From Bacilli bacterium (lineage in GTDB: Bacteria; Bacillota_I; Bacilli_A; RF39; UBA660): a DNA stretch of 58,824 nucleotides. A program made the translations under genes and the position numbers. The stretch's first letter is position 1, and every line of letters starts with the position of its first letter. Below the pieces are notes generated by a model. That model saw nothing but the letters and a program-made list of their open reading frames with translations, searched no databases and was not told where the DNA came from. Location: the NCBI GenBank assembly GCA_017511945.1, contig JAFWHR010000003.1, forward strand, positions 1-58,824, given 5' to 3'. This document shows, piece after piece, positions 10,855 to 21,022 of the stretch.

Positions 10855-12522
10855 ATGAAAGGTAAAATAGAAGGTATTTTACAGGATGTGTTTAAAAGTC
10901 TTGGATATGATGAGACTATAAAAATTGTAAGTTCTAAGTTTGATGATTTTCAATGTGATGTTTTATTTACGATGGCTAAGAAATATCACGACAGTCCAAT
11001 TTCTATTGGAAAAAGGGTAGTAGAAGAGGTTTATAAGCTTGATAATTTTTCTCATTATTTTAAAAGTGTGGAAATTAAGGGAGCGGGATTTATAAATATT
11101 TGTGTGAGTGATGAGTTTATAAATGAATGTCTAAAAGATCTTATTGATGATTTTGGATTTAAGAGTAGGAATAAAACTGTTATTTTAGATTATGGTGGAC
11201 CTAACGTAGCTAAACCTTTACATGTAGGTCATTTAAGGTCGGCTATTATAGGTCAGGCTATTAATAACATTTTAAAGTTTACTGGTTATAAGACAATATC
11301 TGATGTTCATCTTGGTGATTTTGGTCTTCAAATGGGGCAGGTTATATATGGCATTTTACACGATTTTGAGAATGTTGATGATGCTTCTATTAATTTAGAT
11401 TATTTAAATGAAGTTTATCCTAAAATAAGTGCTTTATGTAAGGAAGATGATGATGTAAAAAATGAGTGTCTTTTAATTACTAAAGAACTTCAAAACGGTA
11501 ATGAGGTTTATAGAAAACTGTGGAAAAAAATATGTGACATTTCTGTATCTGACATTAAATCTACATATGATTATCTATCTGTTCATTTTGATTTGTGGCT
11601 CGGTGAAAGCGATTCTTATAAATATTATGATGAACTATTTAAAATATTTGAAGATAAAAAAGTTGTTAAAACAGATGATGGGGCTAAAATAATTGAAGTA
11701 GCTGAAGATGATGATAAAATTACTATTCCACCATGCATAGTTCAAAAAAGTGATGGGGCATATTTATATGCGACTTCTGATTTAGGAACTATTTATCAAA
11801 GAAAGAAAGATTATGATCCTGATAATATAATATACATTACTGATAATAGGCAAGAGTTACATTTTACACAGGTTTTTAGAGCTTGTAAAAAAAGTCAAAT
11901 ATATGATGGGGTTTTAGAGCACTATGGTTTTGGAACTGTAAATGGAACTGATAATAAACCTTTTAAAACGAGAACTGGCGGAACTATGAAGTTAAATGAT
12001 TTGATAGAAGAGGTAAAGAGAGAGTTTGTAAGTTTACGTGTAGAAAATAAAAATATGTCTTCAGAGGATATAGATATAATTGTGAATGCTATTATAAAAT
12101 TTGCGGATTTACAGAATGATTTAACTAGAAATTATATATTTGACATTAGTAAGTTTTGCAATGTGAATGGAAAAACAGGTCCATACATTTTGTATACTTA
12201 TTTGAGAATTAGTAAGCTTCTTTCATCTAATGATGGAATTCTTTCTAATAGTATTTATAATGATATTGATAGAAAACTTAGACTTAAACTACTTGATGCA
12301 CATGATGTAATTGAAATGGCTTCTTTGGAACGAAAGCCTCACTTTATAGCAAACTATCTATATGAACTATGTGTGATTGGTAATAGTTTTTATGAGAGTA
12401 ATAAGATGAGTGGGTTAGATGAGTTTACTAAGAATGATTATGACATTGTTTTGAGTTTTAATAATCATGTTATTGAAACTTTACTTGGACTACTTGGAAT
12501 AAAAATTCCTAAAAAAATGTAG
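10855..12522 (+). CDS. argS: Arginine--tRNA ligase
   Basis: PNVAKPLHVGHLRS, GDFGLQMG, KSDGAYLYATSD, PFKTR, GPYILY. Confidence 0.95.
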   Translation: MKGKIEGILQDVFKSLGYDETIKIVSSKFDDFQCDVLFTMAKKYHDSPISIGKRVVEEVYKLDNFSHYFKSVEIKGAGFINICVSDEFINECLKDLIDDFGFKSRNKTVILDYGGPNVAKPLHVGHLRSAIIGQAINNILKFTGYKTISDVHLGDFGLQMGQVIYGILHDFENVDDASINLDYLNEVYPKISALCKEDDDVKNECLLITKELQNGNEVYRKLWKKICDISVSDIKSTYDYLSVHFDLWLGESDSYKYYDELFKIFEDKKVVKTDDGAKIIEVAEDDDKITIPPCIVQKSDGAYLYATSDLGTIYQRKKDYDPDNIIYITDNRQELHFTQVFRACKKSQIYDGVLEHYGFGTVNGTDNKPFKTRTGGTMKLNDLIEEVKREFVSLRVENKNMSSEDIDIIVNAIIKFADLQNDLTRNYIFDISKFCNVNGKTGPYILYTYLRISKLLSSNDGILSNSIYNDIDRKLRLKLLDAHDVIEMASLERKPHFIANYLYELCVIGNSFYESNKMSGLDEFTKNDYDIVLSFNNHVIETLLGLLGIKIPKKM

Positions 12523-12671
12523 ATTTGAATTTGCTTGTAATTAAAGGGAAAACATTCTCTTTTTTTTATTTTGTTAAAAAAAAATTAAAAATTACTTGAA
12601 CCTTTTTAAAAAAAATGGTATATTATTTTCAGAGTAGGAAAGCTACTTAAAATTATAGAAGGAGGAAAAAT

Positions 12672-13277
12672 ATGGAATCTAAACACAAAAACGCGTTAAT
12701 AGGAGCATTACTTGCAGTAGTATTTGTTATGGCAGTAGGTTATGCCGCATTTGCACAACAACTTACAATTAATGGTACTGCTAACATTACAAGTAATTGG
12801 GATGTACACTTTGATCCAAGTGTACAGACAGTTACACCTGTTGCAGGAAAGCTTTCTGATGGTACTACACAATCAACTACATCACCATCAGGATCAGTTG
12901 ATACACTTACTGAGACAGAAGCAGAATTAAGTGCTGATTTAATCCAACCTGGTGATTCAGTAACATTTACTTTGAATGTTAGAAACTATGGTACTGGTTT
13001 ATATGCTCAGGCTACAAGTTCAAGTCCAACTTTATCAACTACTACTGGAAGTTGTGATAATTCTGCTAATACGTGTCAGATTGGTCATATTAAATGGACT
13101 GTAACTACTACTAAGAATGTACTTCAACCTGCACATGCAAATGCAGATGTTGTAACAGTTAAGGCTGAATATCTTAATAATGTTACTACAAATGAAGTAA
13201 TTCCTTCAAGTGAGAAGACTTCAAATATTACAGTTGTTATAAACTATGAGCAAGTAAACAATAACACTCAGCCATAG
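12672..13277 (+). CDS. TasA/CalY-like SipW-signal secreted protein 1
   Basis: Basic N-region, H-region, GYA^AF cleavage context, LTINGTANI..WDVHF, PGD..N.G core, terminal YEQ; next to SipW-type peptidase. Confidence 0.75.
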   Translation: MESKHKNALIGALLAVVFVMAVGYAAFAQQLTINGTANITSNWDVHFDPSVQTVTPVAGKLSDGTTQSTTSPSGSVDTLTETEAELSADLIQPGDSVTFTLNVRNYGTGLYAQATSSSPTLSTTTGSCDNSANTCQIGHIKWTVTTTKNVLQPAHANADVVTVKAEYLNNVTTNEVIPSSEKTSNITVVINYEQVNNNTQP

Positions 13278-13280
13278 TAA

Positions 13281-13310
13281 AGGATTTGCTAATTAGCAAA
13301 TCTTTTTTTT
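13281..13310 (+). terminator. Rho-independent terminator
   Basis: GATTTGCT-AATT-AGCAAATC hairpin followed by a T-run. Confidence 0.85.
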
Positions 13311-13440
13311 GCACAATGTAAAGTTTTTGTCTAAAATGTAGACTTTACATTCTTTTTTAGAAAAAACTATTGAATAATATAAAACATGATGATATATTTT
13401 TTTTAGAGTAGAGGGTTACTTGGAAAGAGGAGGAATGAAA

Positions 13441-14073
13441 ATGAAATCAAATCACAAAAACACGATTATAGGTGGACTACTTGCAGTAGTATTTGTTATG
13501 GCCGTAGGTTATGCTGCATTTGCACAGCAACTTACAATTAATGGTACAGCCAACATTACAAGTAATTGGGATGTACATTTTAATCCAGCTTTTACTGGAA
13601 CTACACAGGTTGACGGAGTTACTCCAGTATATGCAGTAACTGGAAAATTATCTGATGGAACTACATCAGCTTCAACTGCACCAACTGGATCTATTACATA
13701 TGATTCAACTAACACAGTTGCAACTTTAAGTGCTTCTTTAACTCAGCCTGGAGATTCAATTACATTTACTTTAAGACCAACAAACTACAGTACTGGACTT
13801 AATGCTAGAGCTGCTGGAAATTGTGTACTCGCACCAGGTACTGGTGAATCTGGTCTTTCAGTAGATGGACTTACTGCAACTAAAGGTCATATCAAATTTA
13901 CTGTAACTAATACTACTAACACTTTACAGCCTAATGCTACTGCTGCTTCAAGTTCATATGATAGTATTACTGTTAAAGCTGAATATACTGATGTGTCTAC
14001 AAATGAGTCTAATTTAGGACCTACTACTGCTGTTTTAAAGATTACAAGAACTTATAATCAAGCAAATTCATGA
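13441..14073 (+). CDS. TasA/CalY-like SipW-signal secreted protein 2
   Basis: N-terminus nearly identical to paralog 1; LTQPGDSITF; start ATG 13441 after GAGGAGG. Confidence 0.75.
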   Translation: MKSNHKNTIIGGLLAVVFVMAVGYAAFAQQLTINGTANITSNWDVHFNPAFTGTTQVDGVTPVYAVTGKLSDGTTSASTAPTGSITYDSTNTVATLSASLTQPGDSITFTLRPTNYSTGLNARAAGNCVLAPGTGESGLSVDGLTATKGHIKFTVTNTTNTLQPNATAASSSYDSITVKAEYTDVSTNESNLGPTTAVLKITRTYNQANS

Positions 14074-14081
14074 TATTAAAT

Positions 14082-14117
14082 AAACTGTAATGATATTAAG
14101 TCATTACAGTTTTTTTT
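14082..14117 (+). terminator. Rho-independent terminator
   Basis: AAACTGTAATGA...TCATTACAGTTT plus T-run. Confidence 0.85.
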
Positions 14118-14183
14118 ATTATATCTTGAATATAATTTTGAATGTGCTATAATTATTGTAGGATAAAGAATAGGAGGTTTTTT

Positions 14184-14747
14184 ATGAGAAAAGGACATAA
14201 AAATATTGTTATAGGTGTACTATTAGGGATTGTTTTAATTATGATAGTTGGATACGCTGCTTTTTCAAGTTCTTTAACTATTAATTCATCTGCTGAAATT
14301 GATTCAACTTGGGATGTTCACATTCAAAACATCAGTTTAAAAAGTAAAAGTGGTACTTCTACAAATGTAACAACTCCTGAGGGAGGAGTTTCTGGCGCAT
14401 CATATCCTTATGTTTCTACTGATGGACTTACTGCAACTTTTTATGCTGAACTTATGTCTCCTGGAGATACTATGACTTATACTGTTACTGTAATAAACAA
14501 CGGTACTTTAAAGGCTAAATTAGTTGGTTGTAATTGGGATTCTGCTACTAATTCTGTTGCAGATACTGGATATATTAGGTATACAAAAGTATGTCCTTCA
14601 ATTAACTCTGTAGTAAATCCTCAAAGTACACAGACGTTTGATGTCACTACTACTTATTATGATAATACAATGGGACAGATGCAACCTACTACTAGTGAAC
14701 TTGAAAAATCTGCAACTTTAGTTTTAGATTATGTTCAAGCAGAGTAA
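14184..14747 (+). CDS. TasA/CalY-like SipW-signal secreted protein 3
   Basis: GYA^AF, LTINSSAEI..WDVHI, LMSPGDTMTYTVTVINNGTL, LDYVQA; ATG 14184 after AGGAGG. Confidence 0.75.
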   Translation: MRKGHKNIVIGVLLGIVLIMIVGYAAFSSSLTINSSAEIDSTWDVHIQNISLKSKSGTSTNVTTPEGGVSGASYPYVSTDGLTATFYAELMSPGDTMTYTVTVINNGTLKAKLVGCNWDSATNSVADTGYIRYTKVCPSINSVVNPQSTQTFDVTTTYYDNTMGQMQPTTSELEKSATLVLDYVQAE

Positions 14748-14800
14748 AATTGTGTAAATAATTTAAGCATTTATTCTGATTATTTGTAAAAAAGCTCAAA

Positions 14801-14881
14801 TGAAAAGGTAAATGCAACTTCAGTAGTTTGAAAGGGTAAACGCAACATTCTACTTATATTAGGGTTGCATTTACTTTTTCA
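14801..14881. repeat. Three copies of an 18-bp motif (two direct, one inverted)
   Basis: TGAAAAGGTAAATGCAAC 14801-14818; TGAAAGGGTAAACGCAAC 14829-14846; inverted GTTGCATTTACTTTTTCA 14864-14881. Confidence 0.8.
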
Positions 14882-14999
14882 GTTAAGTTTATTTGAAAAA
14901 AATAAAAAAACATCATTTATTACATTGTAAATTGTTTGTTGATATGATATAATTTTTTATAGTAGTGGATAGTTTAACTATTCAAAAAGGGGTCATATT

Positions 15000-16142
15000 A
15001 TGAAAAAATTGTTTGTTTTGTATGGTCTTCTTTCCATATATTTGCTACTTAATGTTTTTGTATTGTCTCCGATGAATTTTCCATTATATAATGAGATTAT
15101 AAATCCTTTTGTTTGGATGTTTATAATGGGATGTTCCATATATTTAAGTATGGATTCAGGCCTTAGAATTAAAGGTGCTAGAGATAAGACACAGAGTTTG
15201 ATTATTTCTTTGATTATCTATATCATAGTATATTTTTTACTAGGTTTGATATTCGGCTTTGAGAAGACACCTTATGCAAAAGATGTACTTTCCATCTTGA
15301 AGAATCTATGGTCATTTGGCAGTGTAATTGTATGTCAAGAAATTGTACGAGAATCAGTAATTAAGGAAAATAAGAAGAAGACATTTAATTTTATTTTTGT
15401 CACTATTATGTTCATTTTAATAAATGTAAATTTCACCAATTATTTTAGTCATTTTGTCGATGTTAAAACTACATTTATTTATGTATCTACAACTATCATT
15501 CCATCAATATTTGAAGGTGCGCTTTTGACTTATTTGGTTTATACTGGTGGAAGTAGAAACGGAATAATATATAGATTATTTATGGTAGTGCCTCAGTTTA
15601 TAGTTCCAATAATACCTGATTTGGATTGGTTTGCAACTTCTGTAATTGGTGTTACTTTACCGATTGCAATATTTATATATTTGAATTATATACATGTATA
15701 CCGAAGTCAAAGACTTACAAAAAGGGAAAGGAAGAAATATAATCCAGCTATTTATGTTCCACTTTTCGTATTAATAGTTTTAGCAGCTGGATTTGTAATT
15801 GGATTATTTAAATATCAACCTATTGCGGTTGTTTCTGGAAGTATGTCTCCAACATTTAACAGAGGAGATGCAGTTGTTATTGAAAAGTTAAATACACAGG
15901 AGAAGAATCAACTTAAAAAGGGAGATGTAATTCAATTTGTGAGTGGAACTAAATATGTAATACACAGAATCGTTGATGAAGGCAATGATGAGTATGGAAA
16001 TAAACTATTTACAACTAAAGGTGATTATAATAATGCACCTGATGTTGACAAAGTTCATTTGAAGGATATAAAAGGAAAGGTTTCGTTCATTGTACCTTAT
16101 GTTGGTTATCCATCTGTATGGTTAAGTGGAGCGATTTCGTAA
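15000..16142 (+). CDS. sipW: SipW/ER-type signal peptidase I fused to an N-terminal multi-TM domain
   Basis: VVSGSMSPTFNRGD (Ser), VIHRIV (His), TKGDYN..D; about 270 aa of hydrophobic N-terminus. Confidence 0.85.
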   Translation: MKKLFVLYGLLSIYLLLNVFVLSPMNFPLYNEIINPFVWMFIMGCSIYLSMDSGLRIKGARDKTQSLIISLIIYIIVYFLLGLIFGFEKTPYAKDVLSILKNLWSFGSVIVCQEIVRESVIKENKKKTFNFIFVTIMFILINVNFTNYFSHFVDVKTTFIYVSTTIIPSIFEGALLTYLVYTGGSRNGIIYRLFMVVPQFIVPIIPDLDWFATSVIGVTLPIAIFIYLNYIHVYRSQRLTKRERKKYNPAIYVPLFVLIVLAAGFVIGLFKYQPIAVVSGSMSPTFNRGDAVVIEKLNTQEKNQLKKGDVIQFVSGTKYVIHRIVDEGNDEYGNKLFTTKGDYNNAPDVDKVHLKDIKGKVSFIVPYVGYPSVWLSGAIS

Positions 16143-16158
16143 GAAGGGGAGAGTAGAA

Positions 16159-17283
16159 ATGAAAAAAAAGAATGAGAGTAAAATAATAATTAAACAATGG
16201 GTTAGAGTATTTTTGCTTATAATTGTTATATCTGTTATGGTTACGTCAATTATTTCTGTAGTAAGGACTCTAAATCCAGAGGTGGTTACTAAGAAAAAAT
16301 TATATTCATATAATTATACTGCAGACATGAATTATAGAGTTTACATAAAACCGAATAATTTTTATACTGCACCTTATATGGGTATGAATAAATCTTATAT
16401 TGCTTCACTTATTGATCATTTAGAAGTAGATGCTAAATACAATTTTAAGAGTACAGAGGAAATTGATTATACATATAACTATTCTATAGTTGCAACTGCA
16501 AGAGGTATGGCTGAAGATAGTGACGGAAAGGATGTAGATGTTTGGTCAAAAGAATATCCTTTAGTTAATCTTGAAAGCAATTCTGGTAGTGGATCAGAGT
16601 TTAGTATCGCTAAAACTGTAAATATAGATTACAATACATATAATCGTGTACTTACTAGTTTTAGAGAACAGTTCGGCCTTTCTGTAGATGCTAGAGTTGA
16701 TTTAGCTGTTAAGATTAATGTAACAGGTGCTTTAAAAGGTAGTGGAGAGAATACTTTACAGGAATCTCAAACTATGACGCTTAAGATTCCACTTCTAGTA
16801 CAAACGTTTAAGATTACACCTGATTATGTAAATTCTGGTGGTGATACTGTATACAGTAAGGTTACACCTAATAAGCAGATTAATATTCCTCTTCTCGTAG
16901 GTAGTGTCGCACTATTGTTAATATCATTTGTTATATTTATTAAACTTGTTAAGAGTTTACTTGTGGTTACTAGAAAGAGTGAGTATGTTCTTGCTATTAA
17001 CAAGATATTTAAAGAATATGCTGATGTTATTGCTGAGACGCATAACATGCCTGATTTAAATAAATATGATGTAGTTAATATTAAAAATTTTGCTGATATG
17101 GTAGATATTGAGGAAGAGTTACATTCACCAATTATTTACTTTGAAATTGAGGAAAATACTAAATGTGTATTCTTGATTTTACATGAGAATACTGCATATC
17201 GATTCCTCATGAGAGAATCTGATTTTAGTCATTTTGGAAACAATAAAGATTCAAATGATGATTCTAAAAAGATGTTTAATTAA
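16159..17283 (+). CDS. DUF5305-like two-TM protein
   Basis: N-terminal TM, beta-rich ectodomain, second TM, cytoplasmic tail with [14 protein letters not shown] motif; family recalled, not searched. Confidence 0.65.
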   Translation: MKKKNESKIIIKQWVRVFLLIIVISVMVTSIISVVRTLNPEVVTKKKLYSYNYTADMNYRVYIKPNNFYTAPYMGMNKSYIASLIDHLEVDAKYNFKSTEEIDYTYNYSIVATARGMAEDSDGKDVDVWSKEYPLVNLESNSGSGSEFSIAKTVNIDYNTYNRVLTSFREQFGLSVDARVDLAVKINVTGALKGSGENTLQESQTMTLKIPLLVQTFKITPDYVNSGGDTVYSKVTPNKQINIPLLVGSVALLLISFVIFIKLVKSLLVVTRKSEYVLAINKIFKEYADVIAETHNMPDLNKYDVVNIKNFADMVDIEEELHSPIIYFEIEENTKCVFLILHENTAYRFLMRESDFSHFGNNKDSNDDSKKMFN

Positions 17284-17846
17284 AGTATTTTGTCGATGAG
17301 ACCATATTCTATTGCTTCTTTTGCTGTTAGAAAGTGGTCTCTTTCTGTATCTTTTTCTATAATTTTAATGTCTTTATTTGTGTTTTTACTGAGTATTTTA
17401 TTTAGTTTTAATTTTAATTTTATAATCCTTTCAGCAGCAATTTGAATCTCGGTTGCTTGTCCTTTAGCTCCTCCTAGTGGTTGGTGTATCATTATTTCAC
17501 TATTTGGAAGTGCAAATCTCATTTTAGTTTCTCCTGATGATAATATGAATGCAGCCATACTTGCAGCCATACCTATACATACAGTTGATACTTTACTTTT
17601 AACAAAGTTCATGGTGTCATATATGGCCATTCCTGATGTTATTGATCCGCCTGGTGAATTTATATATAAATTAATTGGTTCGTGGTTTAACGAATCTAAA
17701 TATAAAAGCTGCGCAACTATTATGTTAGATAGGTTATCATCTATCTCTCCTGAAAGCATGATAATTCTATCTTTTAACAGTCTAGAGTATATGTCATATA
17801 CTCTTTCTCCTTCGTTTGTTTTTTCTACTACTGTTGGTATTAACAT
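17280..17846 (-). CDS. clpP: ATP-dependent Clp protease proteolytic subunit
   Basis: [30 protein letters not shown]; start at MLIPTV. Confidence 0.97.
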   Translation of the reverse strand: MLIPTVVEKTNEGERVYDIYSRLLKDRIIMLSGEIDDNLSNIIVAQLLYLDSLNHEPINLYINSPGGSITSGMAIYDTMNFVKSKVSTVCIGMAASMAAFILSSGETKMRFALPNSEIMIHQPLGGAKGQATEIQIAAERIIKLKLKLNKILSKNTNKDIKIIEKDTERDHFLTAKEAIEYGLIDKIL

Positions 17847-17956
17847 ATTTTTACCCTCCACTAAATATAATAGGTGTAAAGGTATAAAAATATTCAATAA
17901 AGAAATGACAAAATAGTATATTTTTGATAAAATGTTTAATAGATAGGAAGGGTAAC

Positions 17957-19636
17957 ATGAAAAAGATAAGATTAAAATATAACAATTCTTATATAGAAGG
18001 CATTGAAGTTGGCACGAGTTTGTACGATATTTCTAAAATGGTAAAGAGTGATTTTAAATATCAAATTGTGGGTGCGAAACTTGGAACGAATTTAACTGAC
18101 TTAAATACTAAAGTTTTAAGTAATAATAGAGTTGAGTTTTATGATACTTCTAGTAGAATAGGAAATAGAATTTATACACGAAGTTTAGAATTTTTAACTA
18201 CGCTTGCTGTTAAAAAGGTTTTAGGAAAAGAAACTGATGTTATGATTAACTATTCAATTGATAATGGGATACACTGTCAGATAATAGGGAAAAAAATCAC
18301 CAGCATTTCTGTAAGTAAAATAGAAGATGAAATGAAAAGTTTAGTAAGTATGAAATTGCCTTTTGAAAACATAATAGTAGATAGAATTGAGGCAATAAAA
18401 TATTTAAGAAAAACTGGTCAGATTGATAAGGTAGGCATTTTAAAATATTTAACTGATGAGACTATTCAAATCAATCATTTAGATGATATGTATGATTATT
18501 TTTATGGACCTCTCGTTCCCAATACTGAGATTTTAAAGAAATTTTCTTTAAAGTATACAAGAGATAATACTTTTGTTTTAATCTATCCTACAGCTGATAA
18601 TCCTAACAGGTTAAAGCCTTATCATGATCATATTTTAACTAATAAGACTTATAAAGATTTTAGTGATTGGGGAATGAAGGTAGGTATACCTACTGTGTCT
18701 ATTCTTAACGAGGTAATATCTAAAGGTCAATCTGAAGCAGCTGTTAGGTTTTTTGAAGCTCATTATGATGAGGAGATATCTGATGTTATTGAACAGGTGT
18801 GCAGAAAAAAAGATAAAATTAAGATGATTTTGCTTGCTGGGCCTTCCTCTAGTGGAAAAACGACTACTTCTTTAAAGTTAGGCCTATACTTAAGAGTTAA
18901 AGGTATTAGGTTTAAAAAGATTTCTTTAGATGATTATTTTATGGATAGATCTAAAGTTCCTGTAGATGAGGATGGAAACTACGATTTTTCTGATATAAAA
19001 GCGCTTGATGTAAATTTATTTCAAAGACAGCTTCTTCGAATACTTGATGGACAGAAGGTTCTTATGCCAACTTACGATTTTGTCAATGGTAAAAAGATTT
19101 ATAAAGATAATTACATAAAACTTGATGAAGGTGACATGCTAATTGTTGAGGGGATTCACACTTTGAATGAAAAGATTACAAGTGTAGTTCCAAGAGATGA
19201 GAAATTTAAGATATTTCAGTCACCACTTGCAGGTTTAAAACTAGATAATCATAATAGACTTCATTCGACTGATATTAGAAAGATTAGAAGGATAGTTAGG
19301 GATAATACATTTAGAGGAACTAGTGCGGAAGAGACTTTAGCTATGTGGAAAAATGTGGATAGGGAAAATGAAAAGAATATTTATCCATTTCAAGATGATA
19401 TAGATGCGATTATCAATTCTTCTTTAGGTTATGAATTAAATGTTTTAAAAATATATGCTGAACCGCTTTTATTTGGAATTGATATAGATAGTGATGTATA
19501 TTTTGAGGCAAAGAGACTTTTAAAATTATTAAGCAGTTTTTTGACTATTTCATCAGAACTTGTTCCTAGAGATTCCATATTAAGAGAGTTTATTGGTGGA
19601 AGCATTTTTAAAGATTATAAGGAGGTAAACAAATGA
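17957..19636 (+). CDS. Nucleoside (uridine) kinase with N-terminal TGS/ThrRS-like domains
   Basis: [27 protein letters not shown]; N-terminus resembles ThrRS N1/N2. Confidence 0.85.
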   Translation: MKKIRLKYNNSYIEGIEVGTSLYDISKMVKSDFKYQIVGAKLGTNLTDLNTKVLSNNRVEFYDTSSRIGNRIYTRSLEFLTTLAVKKVLGKETDVMINYSIDNGIHCQIIGKKITSISVSKIEDEMKSLVSMKLPFENIIVDRIEAIKYLRKTGQIDKVGILKYLTDETIQINHLDDMYDYFYGPLVPNTEILKKFSLKYTRDNTFVLIYPTADNPNRLKPYHDHILTNKTYKDFSDWGMKVGIPTVSILNEVISKGQSEAAVRFFEAHYDEEISDVIEQVCRKKDKIKMILLAGPSSSGKTTTSLKLGLYLRVKGIRFKKISLDDYFMDRSKVPVDEDGNYDFSDIKALDVNLFQRQLLRILDGQKVLMPTYDFVNGKKIYKDNYIKLDEGDMLIVEGIHTLNEKITSVVPRDEKFKIFQSPLAGLKLDNHNRLHSTDIRKIRRIVRDNTFRGTSAEETLAMWKNVDRENEKNIYPFQDDIDAIINSSLGYELNVLKIYAEPLLFGIDIDSDVYFEAKRLLKLLSSFLTISSELVPRDSILREFIGGSIFKDYKEVNK

Positions 19637-20634
19637 TAAAAGTTGCGATTAACGGTTTTGGAAGAATAGGAAGACTAGTATTTAGAATAATGGAGGAAGA
19701 TAGTGATTTTGAGGTTTGTGCGATTAATGATTTAACTGATCCTGAGCAGCTTGCTTATCTACTTAAATATGATACATCACATAGAAAATATTTACCAAAC
19801 GAAATAAGCTACGACGAAGAGAATATCATAGTTAAAGGAAGAAGGATTAGAATATATAAAGAGATGAATCCAGAAAAACTACCTTGGAAAGAACTTGGAA
19901 TTGATGCGGTGTATGAATGTACTGGTAAGTTTACTGATAAAGATAAGGCAAGTTCTCATATAAAGGCTGGAGCTAAAAAGGTCATTATATCCGCACCTGC
20001 TACTGGAGATTTAAAAACAATAGTGTACAGTGTTAATGAAGATATTTTAACTGATGAAGATAATATTATATCTGCGGCATCTTGTACGACCAACTGTTTG
20101 GCTCCTGTTATAGATGTTATAAATAGAGAATTTGGTGTTGTTAAGGGATATATGACGACAACTCATGCTTATACTAACGATCAAAGTATTTTGGATTTAG
20201 CTCATCCTAAAGGAGCTAAATCTAGAAGAGGAAGAGCAGCTGCTAGTAATATAATACCTTCTTCTACTGGGGCAGCTAGTGCGATAGGAAAAGTTATTCC
20301 AGAGATGAATGGAAAGCTAGATGGTTTTGCTTTAAGAGTTCCTGTAACTACTGGTTCTGTAATAGATCTTACTTTGGAGTTAAATGATGAAGTTACTAAA
20401 GATATGATAAATGCTGCTTTTGAAAAAAATGTCAATGATTCATTAGGTTTTACTTTGGATCCTATTGTCTCAAGTGACATAATCGGAGATACTCATGGAG
20501 GGGTTGTCGATGGTCTTATGACTGATGTTTTAGATACTCCTTCTGGACAACTTGTAAAAGTTGTTGCTTGGTATGATAATGAATATAGTTATTCTTCACA
20601 GATGGTTAGAACTGTTAAGTACCTATTTAAGTAG
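19633..20634 (+). CDS. gap: Glyceraldehyde-3-phosphate dehydrogenase type I
   Basis: INGFGRIGR, ASCTTNCLAP, WYDNE. Confidence 0.97.
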   Translation: MIKVAINGFGRIGRLVFRIMEEDSDFEVCAINDLTDPEQLAYLLKYDTSHRKYLPNEISYDEENIIVKGRRIRIYKEMNPEKLPWKELGIDAVYECTGKFTDKDKASSHIKAGAKKVIISAPATGDLKTIVYSVNEDILTDEDNIISAASCTTNCLAPVIDVINREFGVVKGYMTTTHAYTNDQSILDLAHPKGAKSRRGRAAASNIIPSSTGAASAIGKVIPEMNGKLDGFALRVPVTTGSVIDLTLELNDEVTKDMINAAFEKNVNDSLGFTLDPIVSSDIIGDTHGGVVDGLMTDVLDTPSGQLVKVVAWYDNEYSYSSQMVRTVKYLFK

Positions 20635-20728
20635 GTACTTTTAACATGTAAATATGTGTAAAAGATAATAAAAAAAGTAACAAATATAAGGAAAATAATG
20701 TTAAAATTGTATTGAGAGTAGGTGACAT

Positions 20729-21022
20729 ATGAGTGTTCAGGATTCTTTTGATAAATATATAGATGCATATACCAAACTTAGTGAGGTGGATAAAAAGAAA
20801 GAGATTATAAATAAACTTAGGGATTTGATTTCTAATTATGCACTTATAGGTAATAAACTAAATATATCTCACGATTTACTTATAAATAAGGAACTTGCTG
20901 ATTTAAATAATGATCCACTTAATGAAAAAGATTTTTTAGAAGGTGTTTTTGTGTACATACATACTTTAGAAGATGAGGTTAGTGACATTATAAAGCATTT
21001 AATGAGTGGTGCTTATGAATAA
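20729..21022 (+). CDS. Hypothetical protein
   Basis: 97-aa ORF with AGGTG RBS. Confidence 0.7.
   Translation: MSVQDSFDKYIDAYTKLSEVDKKKEIINKLRDLISNYALIGNKLNISHDLLINKELADLNNDPLNEKDFLEGVFVYIHTLEDEVSDIIKHLMSGAYE

Noticed and set aside
14801-14881. c-di-GMP-I riboswitch
   Set aside because: Some consensus words are present, but the GAAA-capped stem cannot be formed
17957-19636. ThrRS-domain/uridine kinase fusion as a novelty
   Set aside because: Known architecture in anaerobic bacteria
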